Source: Desulfobaccales bacterium (GTDB lineage Bacteria > Desulfobacterota > Desulfobaccia > Desulfobaccales > 0-14-0-80-60-11). Taken from it: a stretch of 64,000 bases of DNA. A program made the position numbers and the translations under genes. The stretch spans positions 101,724-165,723 of the forward strand of contig JBAZPO010000005.1 of NCBI GenBank assembly GCA_041648175.1. Direction: 5' to 3'. This document shows, one piece after another, positions 17,301 to 27,771 of the stretch. Below the pieces are notes generated by a model. The model made no database searches. It was not told the DNA's origin and worked only from the letters and a program-made list of their open reading frames with translations. Within the stretch, counting starts at the first letter, position 1. The number at the start of each line of letters is the position of its first letter.

Positions 17301-18370
17301 CCCTGACCGCTGCAGTGGAGCGGGGTGTTTACTTTCAAAAGCTTTTAATTCATACCTGCATGGATGGCATCGTGGCAAGTGATATGGAAGGCACCATTCG
17401 TACATTTAACGAAACGGCTGCCAAAATCCTGGGTTATGAACCCGAAGAAGTCCTCGGCAAAATGAATGTCAGTGAACTCTATGCGCCGGGTCAACTGCAG
17501 GAAATCGATACCAAAATCCACGACTCTGCTTACGGCGGGGCGGGTATCTTAGAGAATTACGAAACCTGGATGCGGCATAAGGATGGCGCCCTCACGCCCG
17601 TCTGGCTTTCCGCCCGGGTGCTGTATGAAAATGACCGGGAAATCGGCATGATCGGCCATTTTAAAGACCTGCGCGAACGTAAGCTCATGGAAGAAGAACT
17701 CTTGCGGAATGAGCGCCTGGCCGTCTTGGGCAAAATGGCGGCCCACATAAGCCACGAAATTAAAAACCCTCTGATGCTTATTGGAGGATTTGCCCGCCAG
17801 GTGGTTAAGGATCCTACCTCCGACCCACTGAAGACTCAGGAAAAGCTTCAAATTATTGTCGATGAAGTTAGTCGCCTGGAAGATCTCCTCGCCGAGGTAG
17901 GAAGCTATGCCAAATTTTCGGAACCCCAAAAGCACCTGGGTAATCTCAATGACTTAGTTCGGGAAACCTGCCAGCGGCTGGAACCAAGCCTGCGCGAGAG
18001 TAATATTGAGCTTGCGTTGAGGCTCGACCCTGCACTCCCGGAGACCCAGTTTGATCCGGGCCATTTACGCCAGGTTATCTTGAATATAGCCAAGAACGGC
18101 ATTGAGTCCATGAGCGCCGGGGGGACCTTGACGGTCAGCACCGGTAAGCAGGATGGCCGAATATTCGTGAAAATTAGTGATACAGGCATGGGAATCCCCC
18201 CCGAGAGTCTGGAGAAAATTTTTCAACCCTTCTTTTCCTCCAAACCCAAGGGCAGCGGCCTGGGTTTGGCCATTTCCCAGAAAATAATCCAGGCGCATCA
18301 AGGTGAAATCGCCATCGAGAGTGAACCGCAAAAGGGGACCCAGGTAACCATCTTTCTAAGGGAAATATAG
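14348..18370 (+). CDS. Hybrid transporter-sensor: SLC5/sodium-solute-symporter-like membrane domain, STAC, GAF, GAF, PAS, HisKA, HATPase histidine kinase
   Basis: About 13 hydrophobic segments over the first ~520 aa. STAC-like stretch (LADFIERTIAGSIGPAAAKVIVEGYL). Two GAF-like regions, then PAS (CMDGIVASDMEGTIRTFNETAAKILGY). H-box AAHISHEIKNPL. G-boxes DTGMGIP and GSGLGLAISQ. Preferred start is ATG 14348 (MISEWSLALVAF). Confidence 0.9.
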   Translation: MISEWSLALVAFGYLLLLFAIAYYGDRQRARGKSIIANPYIYALSLAVYCTAWTFFGSVGKAATQGVTCLTIYLGPTLIAFTWWFGLRKLLRICKENNLTTMSDFLTLRYGKGAFLGVLATIGMLLAITPYIGLQLKSISDTFNVLAYKEVFPPVTTPVYQDTAFYVAILLSVFGILFGARHLDPTERHEGLVAVVVFESLIELLAFTSLGLLVTFGLFTGWGEIFTRIRQSPEFQQLLLVNTGPQNSYSLLLVLTLLAMGAIHFLPRMFHMAVVENTNERHILTALWLFPLYLLLMNLFVMPIAFGGLLLGLPPETADTFVLRIPLQTGHPYFALLVFLGGLSASTAMVAVASIAVTTMILNSLVMPLAIRLRLQERITPHLLTIKRAGIFFLIFLGYFGYHLVFPTVMLVDIGLIAFCGVMQLAPAMIGALYWRDATRWGAMAGLASGFLVWAYTLVFPYLVEAGWFPISILSEGPFHLAFLKPTAFLGLTGLDRLSHAFFWSLFFNAGTFVTVSLLTVPSSVELEQARRFVGVFEQERERPIEKRLTYLPSLEQLTEFMGKIIGHRKAAQARRAFLRGVTTPEAEWGDKEKLQLADFIERTIAGSIGPAAAKVIVEGYLSSMGSKMEDVFDLFGRISSSLEESEQQLKRRVSELSVLYEAARRLASTLYFPEILDGVLGVLVEKLDVERCAVRLLDEDGLLHLKAFRGLPPEVRGQVGKPDPASLLGECLSSSQVISVPDSAAVADRLQGLVEEEALTSLVLAPIIAETLTLGVLTAASSQKGFFTKEYIQFFQSLAGHLGLAVRSANMEEALRLDESRLEAVWQLSQMTKATLQEITDFALEEGVRLTKSKIGYLAFMNEDATVLTMQAWSKTAMAECAVADKPFVFPVETTGLWGEAVRQRRPIITNDYAAFSPYKKGYPAGHVEIRRHLNIPVFDGNRIVVVAGVGNKEEEYDESDVRQLTLLMNGLWWQIKRQQTEKALTAAVERGVYFQKLLIHTCMDGIVASDMEGTIRTFNETAAKILGYEPEEVLGKMNVSELYAPGQLQEIDTKIHDSAYGGAGILENYETWMRHKDGALTPVWLSARVLYENDREIGMIGHFKDLRERKLMEEELLRNERLAVLGKMAAHISHEIKNPLMLIGGFARQVVKDPTSDPLKTQEKLQIIVDEVSRLEDLLAEVGSYAKFSEPQKHLGNLNDLVRETCQRLEPSLRESNIELALRLDPALPETQFDPGHLRQVILNIAKNGIESMSAGGTLTVSTGKQDGRIFVKISDTGMGIPPESLEKIFQPFFSSKPKGSGLGLAISQKIIQAHQGEIAIESEPQKGTQVTIFLREI

Positions 18371-18403
18371 TAATCATTAGAGGTTCTTGCAAAAAGCCGT
18401 TTT

Positions 18404-18483
18404 GTCATCCTGAGCGAAGCGAAGGATCTCGTATTTTCACCCACTTATGAGATTCTTCGGTCGCTTCGCTCCCTCAGAATGAC
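18404..18483. repeat. Imperfect inverted repeat (GTCATCCTGAGCGAAGCGAAG ... CTTCGCTCCCTCAGAATGAC)
   Basis: Arms read directly and are complementary with a few mismatches. Located 34 nt after the kinase stop, so it may also act as a terminator. Confidence 0.7.
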
Positions 18484-19522
18484 AGGCAGGGAGATATTTG
18501 CAAGGGGCTCATTATAAATGGGAAAATTGCCAAGGTATTGCTACCGTGCCAGGACCTGGAGTTCTGGTAAGGGGCTGGGGAATTTGAAATGACTTATGAG
18601 CCTCTTGCAATAATAATCTTCTTACAGTGGAAACCTTATAGGGGTATTTAAAAATCGCCGGTAGCACAGGCTTTTCAGCCTGTGCTCATATAGGCTAAAA
18701 CCTGCGACTGCATAATGTCCGGCAATTTTGCAAGAGGCTCTTATAATAATACCAGCTTGAAAAGCCTGTCATCTTTCTCATCATTGTTGGATGCCTCGCA
18801 GTCCAGAGTTTATGCTGTCTCCATGCCTTGCCGGGATAAAAGCGGATCACGGTTTTCCAACCTGAGAAAAATGGGGAGGCTCCAGGCGTTCCACCCGTGC
18901 CGTGTCCCGGCACAAGGATGCCGGCGCCCCATTAATCCCTTGATAATACTGGCTAAGTTTTGCGAAAGCCGAATATTTACCCCGGGACCAGCGCGGGACA
19001 AGCGCGTGACAACCCTGGCGCCGCCTCGACCGGAACGCGCTTGCACGCGGGTTTAGACCGGGTATATGGCGAGGGCGCCTCGGCAATATCCCGGCACATG
19101 TGCCGGGTTTGCCCGTCCAATCGGCCTGCGCCCGGCATTTTCAACGATTTTTGGGGTAGTTTTGAGGGGGTAAAAGCCGTTAAAAAACCATTTTTCTCTA
19201 TCATTTTGAGCTAAACGCAGGCTCTTAGCTCGCTTCCATGAAACAGCTTTAAACCCGATTTAGGGGGATTTAAAAATCAGCCAGCGGCATAAATCTATGG
19301 CAAACGCTATATGTCAAAGCTTGAATGATTTCATTGCCTCCGGGCACAATCAATGCAGACCTGGCGAATCTGCTGCAGAAACCAGCAAAGATGCGATATA
19401 ACTCATAGTAAGGTTATTGTAGTTCGCGTATAATTTATTCTCTAATTCTATCTTGATATATATTGCGAGGCTGTCGGAAAAGGATTGAGCTCAGCTAGTT
19501 TCCCTCCTATCCATTGATTTGA

Positions 19523-21328
<1,806 letters not shown>

Positions 21329-21515
21329 CAGTCCTCGGTGGTTATCATGAATGGTTGACAGTTAGGCCCTTCGTTCAGCCAGCCAGGATAGGAACGCTAT
21401 CTCGTTGAAGAAAACGCCCAGAAACATTTCCATTTTATGACCTCTTGATCCGAGGTTATACGTGATTAAGTTATTCGTAATATTCAATCATTTCGAACTT
21501 TATTAAGAGGACGTG

Positions 21516-23912
21516 ATGAAATCCCGGAAAATTGAGTTTCCATTCAAGGGCAGAATGAGCCTGAGGCCACTGCTGGATTTCTGGGAACGCTTATTGGCCG
21601 AAGGCAAAGGCGGGATGAATGCCTTGGGGCCGGTTATCCGCAAAAAGTTAGAGAATACCCCTGAGCTACGGGAACCCATCGAGGACCTCACCATCCTGGA
21701 AAATCACCAGGACTTCATCGATCTGTTGATGAGCGTGGTTTTCCCGCCGGCGTTTTGGGAGAGCGATTGCGCCGCGGCCTTCGTGCCTTTCCAGTTTACC
21801 GGGTTCTATGCCACACCGCTTTTCAAGACCCTGTTTAAAATGGAAGGACAAGGTTTTACGCCGCAATTGAACATCGACCCCCATCAGTGGCAGTGGGGGC
21901 GGGTCCTCAAGGCCTATATTTATATCCTGAATAAATTCTACGGCATCGACCTCACCTGGGATTATCCCCTGATTGCCAAAGCTCAATGCCCCAAAACCGG
22001 ATTGGATCGGTTTTTTAATATCGTCTTGGATCCAAAATTCCTGGAAATCAAAGTGCTCGGAGAGCCCAGGAGTTTGACGGAAGCAGACCGGAGCCGGCTC
22101 CTGGCTAACGTCAGTGACCTGAAATTGTGGATGGAACTGATACCCCCGGAAAACTTTGAATTTGAGGGCTTTGGCGTTTTCAGGGCTGCGGATGTGACCT
22201 CTCGCGAGATGTTATCGGCTCTCCAGGGGGACCTCTTCGAAAAGGAAGCAATTTTTCAGCGGGATGGTTTTGCCGGGCTCCAGGAAAAATTGCAGATCTA
22301 TCTGCAAGAGAAAGACCTAACCCTGGGCTTGGCCGCCATCCGGGGTGAACAGATTCTCATCCTGCCGCATGCCCATAACCAGGCGGAAACGACGACCTGT
22401 GTTCTGCAGAATGCGACGCACTACCAACGAAGTGAATTTAAAGGATCAATTTTTTCCCAGGCGATGGATCAGGGCGAGCCGCTGGTCGTTGAAGACCTGC
22501 ACTATTACCCTAAGAGCACGATCCTGGAAGAGCGCATGCTCGAGCATGGGTACCGGAGTATATATGTCGCTCCCCTGCTCTACCAGGACAGGCTCCTGGG
22601 AACTTTGGCGCTCAAATCAACCCGCGCCGGAGCGCTGAACGCCTTGAACACGGCCAACCTGCTCCCGGTGCTGCCGTTGTTTGCCGTGGCTTTGAATCGC
22701 AGCCTGGAGCAACTGAATCAAAAAATTCAGGCTGTCATCAAAGAGGAGTTCACCGCGATCCACCCCTCGGTGGAATGGCGCTTTCAGCAGGCAGCCCTGC
22801 ACTATATCCAGCATAAGGACGAAGGGGTTGCAGCCCTGGAACCCATTGCGTTCCATCAAGTCTATCCCCTTTTCGGCGTTTCGGATATCCGGATGTCCAG
22901 CGACCATCGCAACGGCGCAATCCAGGCCGATCTCATCGAACACTTCCGTCTGACCAGAGAAATCCTGCAGCTCGCCTATGACCACCGGCCTTTGCCGATT
23001 CTGGCGGCGTTCAGCCATCGCATCGACAAGCAGATCAAAAGGTTGAACATTGGCCTGAATGCGGGTGATGAGACCACCAAACCACTTTTCATCCAGCAGG
23101 TGATGGAACCCATTTTTGACCAATTGGCAAACTTCGGCGCCCCGGTTGCCGAGAGGATAGCCTCCTACCGGGCCGCTTTGGATCCCGAGATGAAGACCAT
23201 CTACCGGAGCAGGCGAGACTTTGAGGACAGTCTCAAGCTCATTAATGAAACTATTGCAGCGTATCTTGATCAGGAGGAAGCCAAGGCGCAGGAATATTTC
23301 CCCCACTATTTTGAAAAACTCAAGACCGACGGGGTGGAACACACCATATATATCGGTGCGAGCATGGCAGAGAGCGGGAATTTCAATCCCATGTACCTGA
23401 AAAATCTGCGCCTGTGGCAACTCATGGTTATGTGTGAGGTAGTGCGGCGTACCGAGGAGATTAAAAGCAGTCTGTCGGTACCTTTAGAAACCACGCACCT
23501 CATTCTGGTCCAGGATTCGCCGCTCTCGATCTTTTTTAGCCCGGATGAGCGGCACTTCGAAGTGGCAGGGGCTTACGATATCCGCCATGAGATCATCAAA
23601 AAACGCATTGACAAGGCGGTAATCAAAGGCGCCTCCGAGCGGCTTACGCAACCGGGGAAAATTGCCATTGTGTACTCTCAAAAACAAGAGGGCACGGAAT
23701 ACCTTGAATATATTGATTACCTCCAGGCTGCCGGCTATCTGAAGGCTGAGACGGAGGATGTGGAGTTGGAGGACTTACAAGGGGCCCAGGGATTGAAGGC
23801 CCTGCGGGTCACGGTGGACCCACGCGCCTCGCGTGCGCAACAGCAGCCTCTTCCGGAAATCGTCACCACCGCCGTAAAGGCGCTGCCCAAGCGAGCCAAC
23901 GTATCTTCCTGA
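21516..23912 (+). CDS. Large uncharacterised protein with one central GAF-like domain
   Basis: GAF-like segment EPLVVEDLHYYPKSTILEERMLEHGYRSIYVAPLLYQDRLLGTLALKS. I recognise no kinase, cyclase, HD, DNA-binding or transmembrane motif. AAGAGGA SD before ATG 21516. Confidence 0.8.
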   Translation: MKSRKIEFPFKGRMSLRPLLDFWERLLAEGKGGMNALGPVIRKKLENTPELREPIEDLTILENHQDFIDLLMSVVFPPAFWESDCAAAFVPFQFTGFYATPLFKTLFKMEGQGFTPQLNIDPHQWQWGRVLKAYIYILNKFYGIDLTWDYPLIAKAQCPKTGLDRFFNIVLDPKFLEIKVLGEPRSLTEADRSRLLANVSDLKLWMELIPPENFEFEGFGVFRAADVTSREMLSALQGDLFEKEAIFQRDGFAGLQEKLQIYLQEKDLTLGLAAIRGEQILILPHAHNQAETTTCVLQNATHYQRSEFKGSIFSQAMDQGEPLVVEDLHYYPKSTILEERMLEHGYRSIYVAPLLYQDRLLGTLALKSTRAGALNALNTANLLPVLPLFAVALNRSLEQLNQKIQAVIKEEFTAIHPSVEWRFQQAALHYIQHKDEGVAALEPIAFHQVYPLFGVSDIRMSSDHRNGAIQADLIEHFRLTREILQLAYDHRPLPILAAFSHRIDKQIKRLNIGLNAGDETTKPLFIQQVMEPIFDQLANFGAPVAERIASYRAALDPEMKTIYRSRRDFEDSLKLINETIAAYLDQEEAKAQEYFPHYFEKLKTDGVEHTIYIGASMAESGNFNPMYLKNLRLWQLMVMCEVVRRTEEIKSSLSVPLETTHLILVQDSPLSIFFSPDERHFEVAGAYDIRHEIIKKRIDKAVIKGASERLTQPGKIAIVYSQKQEGTEYLEYIDYLQAAGYLKAETEDVELEDLQGAQGLKALRVTVDPRASRAQQQPLPEIVTTAVKALPKRANVSS

Positions 23913-24033
23913 AAAGCTTGCACCAGGCCCCCAAAATTGTGCCCGCCAACAGCAGGCGGTGGGGGCAATGACCACCCCCACCCAGAGCATAGCCGCTATC
24001 CCCAGGCTCAACCGGGGCTTGCATCGACAACGA

Positions 24034-24495
24034 TCAGCGTTTCCGCCATGCCTCCCAGTTGGGGCGGCCCTGGGAATCCCGCAAGTGCAGAACATAATCC
24101 GCTTTGGTGAGTTCATAAGCGATCGCCTGCAGCTTCCCGTCTTTTGCCTTTTCGCACATCCCCTTGACCCGCACTTCGTCTCCGGGGGTGAGCGCGAACT
24201 CCTGGCGCTCCAAATACCAGACCGGGCCCAAACTCACATGCACCTGTCCCTGGGTCTTGGTGTCCATGATTATGGCCATACCGGGATACATGCCTTCTCC
24301 CAAACTCTCAGTGAGCACCTGCACCACCTTGCCGCTTTCGTCAAAGGGTTTGCAAACCGCCTTTACCGGACATAGATAGGCCGTATACGGACAAGGCCGG
24401 AAGCCCTGGCCCCGGCCCTGGGCTGAGGCTTGCAAGGGTAGCATGGTAAGCAGGGCCGCGGCCAGGCCAATAATGGTGATATAAAGTCGAAACAT
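24034..24495 (-). CDS. Small secreted protein, copy A (signal peptide, CPYTAYLCPVKAVC motif, OB-like C-terminal part)
   Basis: Signal-like LAAALLTMLPLQASA followed by QGRGQGFRPCPY. Near-identical paralog at 32261..32734. GGGAGG SD. Confidence 0.7.
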   Translation of the reverse strand: MFRLYITIIGLAAALLTMLPLQASAQGRGQGFRPCPYTAYLCPVKAVCKPFDESGKVVQVLTESLGEGMYPGMAIIMDTKTQGQVHVSLGPVWYLERQEFALTPGDEVRVKGMCEKAKDGKLQAIAYELTKADYVLHLRDSQGRPNWEAWRKR

Positions 24496-24519
24496 GATCT
24501 TTATCCTCCCGATTTGTAA

Positions 24520-25593
24520 TTAAAAAGCATAAACCATGGACAGCAACGGAGTTATATTGCCGGTGGTGTTCTTCCCTGCCAGGTCGAAGTTCACGCCCAG
24601 GGCCAGGGAGAACTTGTCCGTGGCCATGTATTCGATCCCCGGTAAGAAGGACACAAGCGCGGTGGGCTGGGCGTTGGCCTTGGACCCGATCAGCCGCCCC
24701 GCATCCCAGGTGCTGGTCAACTCCAACAGGGCCACCCATTTCTTGGTTATGGGATACTCCATCGCAAAGTTGGCGGTGATGAAATCCCGGGGATGGTTCC
24801 GCCTCTGTATGGGATTGCCTTCTTCATCCACCTCATCGGTAGTGTTATCGGTCTGGAGGGTATAATAGACGTTGCTATAAAAAATAAACGGCTTCAGATA
24901 CTTGGAGAGATTAAAGCCGGTGGTAAAGCCGTAAGTGCCCCCGCCGATGGCGTCGGTCCCCAATCGGCCAGGGTTAAGAAAGCGAAAGTGGCCGGTGGGG
25001 AACGTAGGGGTAAAGATGGCGCTCACTGTGGGTGCCGCTTGCGTCTCCTCCACCAGGCGATACTTGAAGGTCAGACTGATATCGCCCAAGCCCCCGAAAG
25101 AGGCGAAGCGTTCCCCATTCGGGCCGGGAGCATCGACATTACCGGCCCAGTTGTGAATATAAGGAATGACGGTGTAGACTTCAAGGTTATTGATGAGGCC
25201 GTAGGTAAACTTCAGGCTCATTCCCAAGGATTGAAAATCACCTCCCGCGGAGATTCTGCGCCAGGGACTGAAGTTATTGGTGGTAAAGCTTAAGCCCCCG
25301 GTGGGCTGAATGGCGAACTTCCCTTTTTCAATGGGGATGGCGGTATCAGTGATAATGGGGCCGAAGGTGGCCGGGCATTCGTCCTCTTTGGCTTCCTCCT
25401 TTTTCCCTTCATCCTTCGCTCCTTCCTGGCCCTCCGGATGGAAGCCTTCACCGCGGCCTTCAAGCTCCGAGGCGGTGTTGGCACCGGCCGCCGCTGGCCC
25501 CTCTTTTTCCCCGGCGGATATATTAGCCCAACCCGGCGCCGCCCACAGGGTCATGCCAAGGCACAGCAAGACGAAACCTGCTTTAACGTTCAT
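24520..25593 (-). CDS. Outer-membrane beta-barrel protein, copy A (MetA-pathway/phenol-degradation-like transporter family by pattern)
   Basis: Signal peptide. Acidic/lysine-rich linker EGQEGAKDEGKKEEAKEDEC. Alternating-hydrophobic strands. C-terminal LLSMVYAF with terminal Phe, typical of OMPs. Start moved to ATG 25593 (GGAAGGAGA SD). Confidence 0.8.
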   Translation of the reverse strand: MNVKAGFVLLCLGMTLWAAPGWANISAGEKEGPAAAGANTASELEGRGEGFHPEGQEGAKDEGKKEEAKEDECPATFGPIITDTAIPIEKGKFAIQPTGGLSFTTNNFSPWRRISAGGDFQSLGMSLKFTYGLINNLEVYTVIPYIHNWAGNVDAPGPNGERFASFGGLGDISLTFKYRLVEETQAAPTVSAIFTPTFPTGHFRFLNPGRLGTDAIGGGTYGFTTGFNLSKYLKPFIFYSNVYYTLQTDNTTDEVDEEGNPIQRRNHPRDFITANFAMEYPITKKWVALLELTSTWDAGRLIGSKANAQPTALVSFLPGIEYMATDKFSLALGVNFDLAGKNTTGNITPLLSMVYAF

Positions 25594-25739
25594 AACCATT
25601 CTCCTTCCCCTTCTATAAAAATTTTTTAGTTCAATCGGTTCAATCAATCAGGCAAGACCCGCCGGCAATCTTGCCCCGCTTTATGCTCCCCCTGATTCGT
25701 CGCCGGCACGAAGTCTTTGAGAAGTGGTGGTATTGAAGA

Positions 25740-26114
25740 TTACCCGGTATTGACCTGCTTTTTGGCCGTCTGGTCCGCATGAGACCGGCAAGCGCAATCC
25801 CGGCAGTTGCCGTTACATTGGCAGGCATCCTTGGAAGTTTCAGCAGTCTGGAGGATCCATTTCCCCGGCTCCGCGAGCAGGGCATGCTTTTTTGCCGCGA
25901 TTAATTTCCGTAAGCCCGCTTCCAGACTGGCCAGGGTATCTTCGTCAACTTCCCCGGCTTCCTGCAGGTCCACCACCAGTACCGAAAAGGCTCGGAAGCC
26001 GATCTGCGCTGCTCCCAAAATCTGCCTAACCACGCCGTCAGTGAGGGTTCCCCGGGGCGCCAACCGCAGACGCCCATTGGCTATCTCTACGAAGAGTTTC
26101 GAGTCAGTGGCCAT
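25740..26114 (-). CDS. Hypothetical protein, possibly STAS-like, with Cys-rich tail CQCNGNCRDCAC
   Basis: 124 aa. VLVVDLQEAGEVDEDTLASLEAGL resembles the STAS core. The C-terminus carries 5 Cys in 12 residues. The fold assignment is weak. Confidence 0.45.
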   Translation of the reverse strand: MATDSKLFVEIANGRLRLAPRGTLTDGVVRQILGAAQIGFRAFSVLVVDLQEAGEVDEDTLASLEAGLRKLIAAKKHALLAEPGKWILQTAETSKDACQCNGNCRDCACRSHADQTAKKQVNTG

Positions 26115-26189
26115 ATTTCACCTCAACGATCTCAGAGATCTGGTTGGAGATTTGTCGATAAATCGCCCAAAAGGGCCGTCAACTATGCT

Positions 26190-26280
26190 CATTGCCAAAA
26201 ATTTTTTCTTATTCACCCCTCCCTCTCCCACAAGTGGAGAGGAAAATTAGAGGAAAAAACTTTTGGCAATCGCTATATGC
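26190..26280. repeat. Repeat family B, MITE-like hairpin element, copy 1
   Basis: cATTGCCAAAA ... CCCTCTCCCACAAGTGGAGAGG ... aattagagg ... TTTTGGCAATcgctata. The outer arms and the inner GGAGAGG hairpin are both complementary. Second copy at 37901..37984. Confidence 0.75.
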
Positions 26281-26312
26281 TGCTCCTCCACTGTTCAAGG
26301 AATCTTTTGAGG

Positions 26313-27557
26313 CTATGCCTCGCAAATTTCGACCCCTTCGCATGACCCTGCCGGGTGCGCCAACTCCATCAAAGTTCTGGTAAGCGCGCCCACCCCCGTG
26401 TTGAGCATCAAGACACAAGGTTTATTCAGCTTTTTGCACCACTTCTTGGCGCAGTGATAGGCCTGGTGGCTGGTGCAGCTTATGGGGCAAATCACCACCT
26501 CCGCCTGCTTTACCAGGTTCACCAGGCGCGCCTGGCCGTTGCGGCAATCTCCATCATGGCGCAAGAAAATCCCCCCGAAATCCTGTTCCACCAGGCGGCG
26601 ATAATGGCTTTCCCGTCGCTCCGGACCACCAACCAGAAGGATGAGCTTGTTGCAGAACCGGCGGCATTTCTCCCCACTGGCCAGGGGGCAGGTCTGCTCA
26701 GGGGAGCCGCTGGCCTCGTAAGGAGCATCCAGGACCGGCGCTGGACATATGCCGGGTAGTTGCCTGACGGTCTCTTGCATGAGACGCATTTCCAGTTTTT
26801 CCCGGGTCCGTTTTTCCTGGCTCAGACGTGCGGTGAGCTCCCGGTTTGCCGCTCTCAGTTGGTGGATCTCCTGACCTGTGTTCAGGGAGACGAGTTCCTG
26901 CTCCAGGTGCGCCAATTTGCGCCCCAGGTCCGCAAGTTCGGCTTCTTTGTGGGTCAGGCGCCGTTTGTACTCTTCCCGCTCTATTTTCACCGCTTCCACC
27001 TGGCCGGTTAAGCGTTTCACCCGATCTTGCAGAAGCTCGTTCGTCTGCCGCAGCTGTCCATATTCCTTCAATTCGGCTCGGGCTTCGGCTCCCTGGAGGT
27101 GGGACATCATGTGAATATCCCCGAAAACCTCATTCAAAACGTTCTTCGGGGTGTCCTCGCGGGTGGTAATAGCATAGAAGGCCCCGGCGATTTGACCCTC
27201 TTTGAGGGCTTCCTGCCAGGCCAGGTTCAACTCCAGGCCCTCGCAGGCATCTATCCGAGTGATGGTCAGACGATATTTCCGATCCAAAAATTTCTGCACA
27301 TATTTAGCCACCGGAGGCAGCTTCCGGCAGGCCTCGATGATCCAGATGTGCAGTATATAGGCTGAGGTGCCTCCCACATACTTGAAGTGGCGAGCGATTT
27401 TCTGCGTCTCCTTGAGGGTCAGACACGTTCCCACCAGGGGGCAGAGGAAGCGGTCTATTTCGCCAAGGTTGTGACGGTTGCTTTTGAGTCCGGTCATGAC
27501 GGCAAATCCTGGGGTCGGGGAGCGCCTCAGGGCATCCCCCCGACCCATCAAATACAT
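26313..27557 (-). CDS. DUF2325-like C-terminal domain protein with central coiled coil and several Cys pairs
   Basis: C-terminus KLILLVGGPERRESHYRRL...AEVVICPISCTSHQAYHCAKKWCKKLNKPCVLM matches my memory of DUF2325. Heptad-rich middle (LQDRVKRLTGQVEAVKIEREEYKRRLTHKEAELADLGRKLAHLEQEL). Start uncertain (27557, or ATG 27497). Confidence 0.65.
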   Translation of the reverse strand: MYLMGRGDALRRSPTPGFAVMTGLKSNRHNLGEIDRFLCPLVGTCLTLKETQKIARHFKYVGGTSAYILHIWIIEACRKLPPVAKYVQKFLDRKYRLTITRIDACEGLELNLAWQEALKEGQIAGAFYAITTREDTPKNVLNEVFGDIHMMSHLQGAEARAELKEYGQLRQTNELLQDRVKRLTGQVEAVKIEREEYKRRLTHKEAELADLGRKLAHLEQELVSLNTGQEIHQLRAANRELTARLSQEKRTREKLEMRLMQETVRQLPGICPAPVLDAPYEASGSPEQTCPLASGEKCRRFCNKLILLVGGPERRESHYRRLVEQDFGGIFLRHDGDCRNGQARLVNLVKQAEVVICPISCTSHQAYHCAKKWCKKLNKPCVLMLNTGVGALTRTLMELAHPAGSCEGVEICEA

Positions 27558-27564
27558 TCAGCGT

Positions 27565-27771
27565 TTAACCAAAGATATCCATTTCCAGTTGCGGCCACTG
27601 CCTGATGGCCTCGTGCAGACGAATCTCCACATTATTCAGGTGATCCTTGAGGTCGGCCACCGTGGGGTTGTCATGCAGGCCGGGAACCTCTTGCGCCAGA
27701 TGGTCCACATAATGATGAATATTTTTGAGATCATCTTCCAAGGTCACCAGATTGATGATCATTTTCACCAT
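27565..27771 (-). CDS. Small His-rich helical protein, 68 aa, hypothetical
   Basis: Overlaps the upstream gene end by 7 nt and is 7 nt from the next start, so it is packed into the operon. Contains NIHHYVDH and LKDHLNN. Confidence 0.5.
   Translation of the reverse strand: MVKMIINLVTLEDDLKNIHHYVDHLAQEVPGLHDNPTVADLKDHLNNVEIRLHEAIRQWPQLEMDIFG

Noticed and set aside
18695-19214. Several 70-113-aa ORFs in the 18.4-19.5 kb gap.
   Set aside because: They are mutually overlapping on both strands, rich in Arg/Pro/Gly from GC palindromes, and lack start-site support. I treated the region as non-coding repeat sequence.
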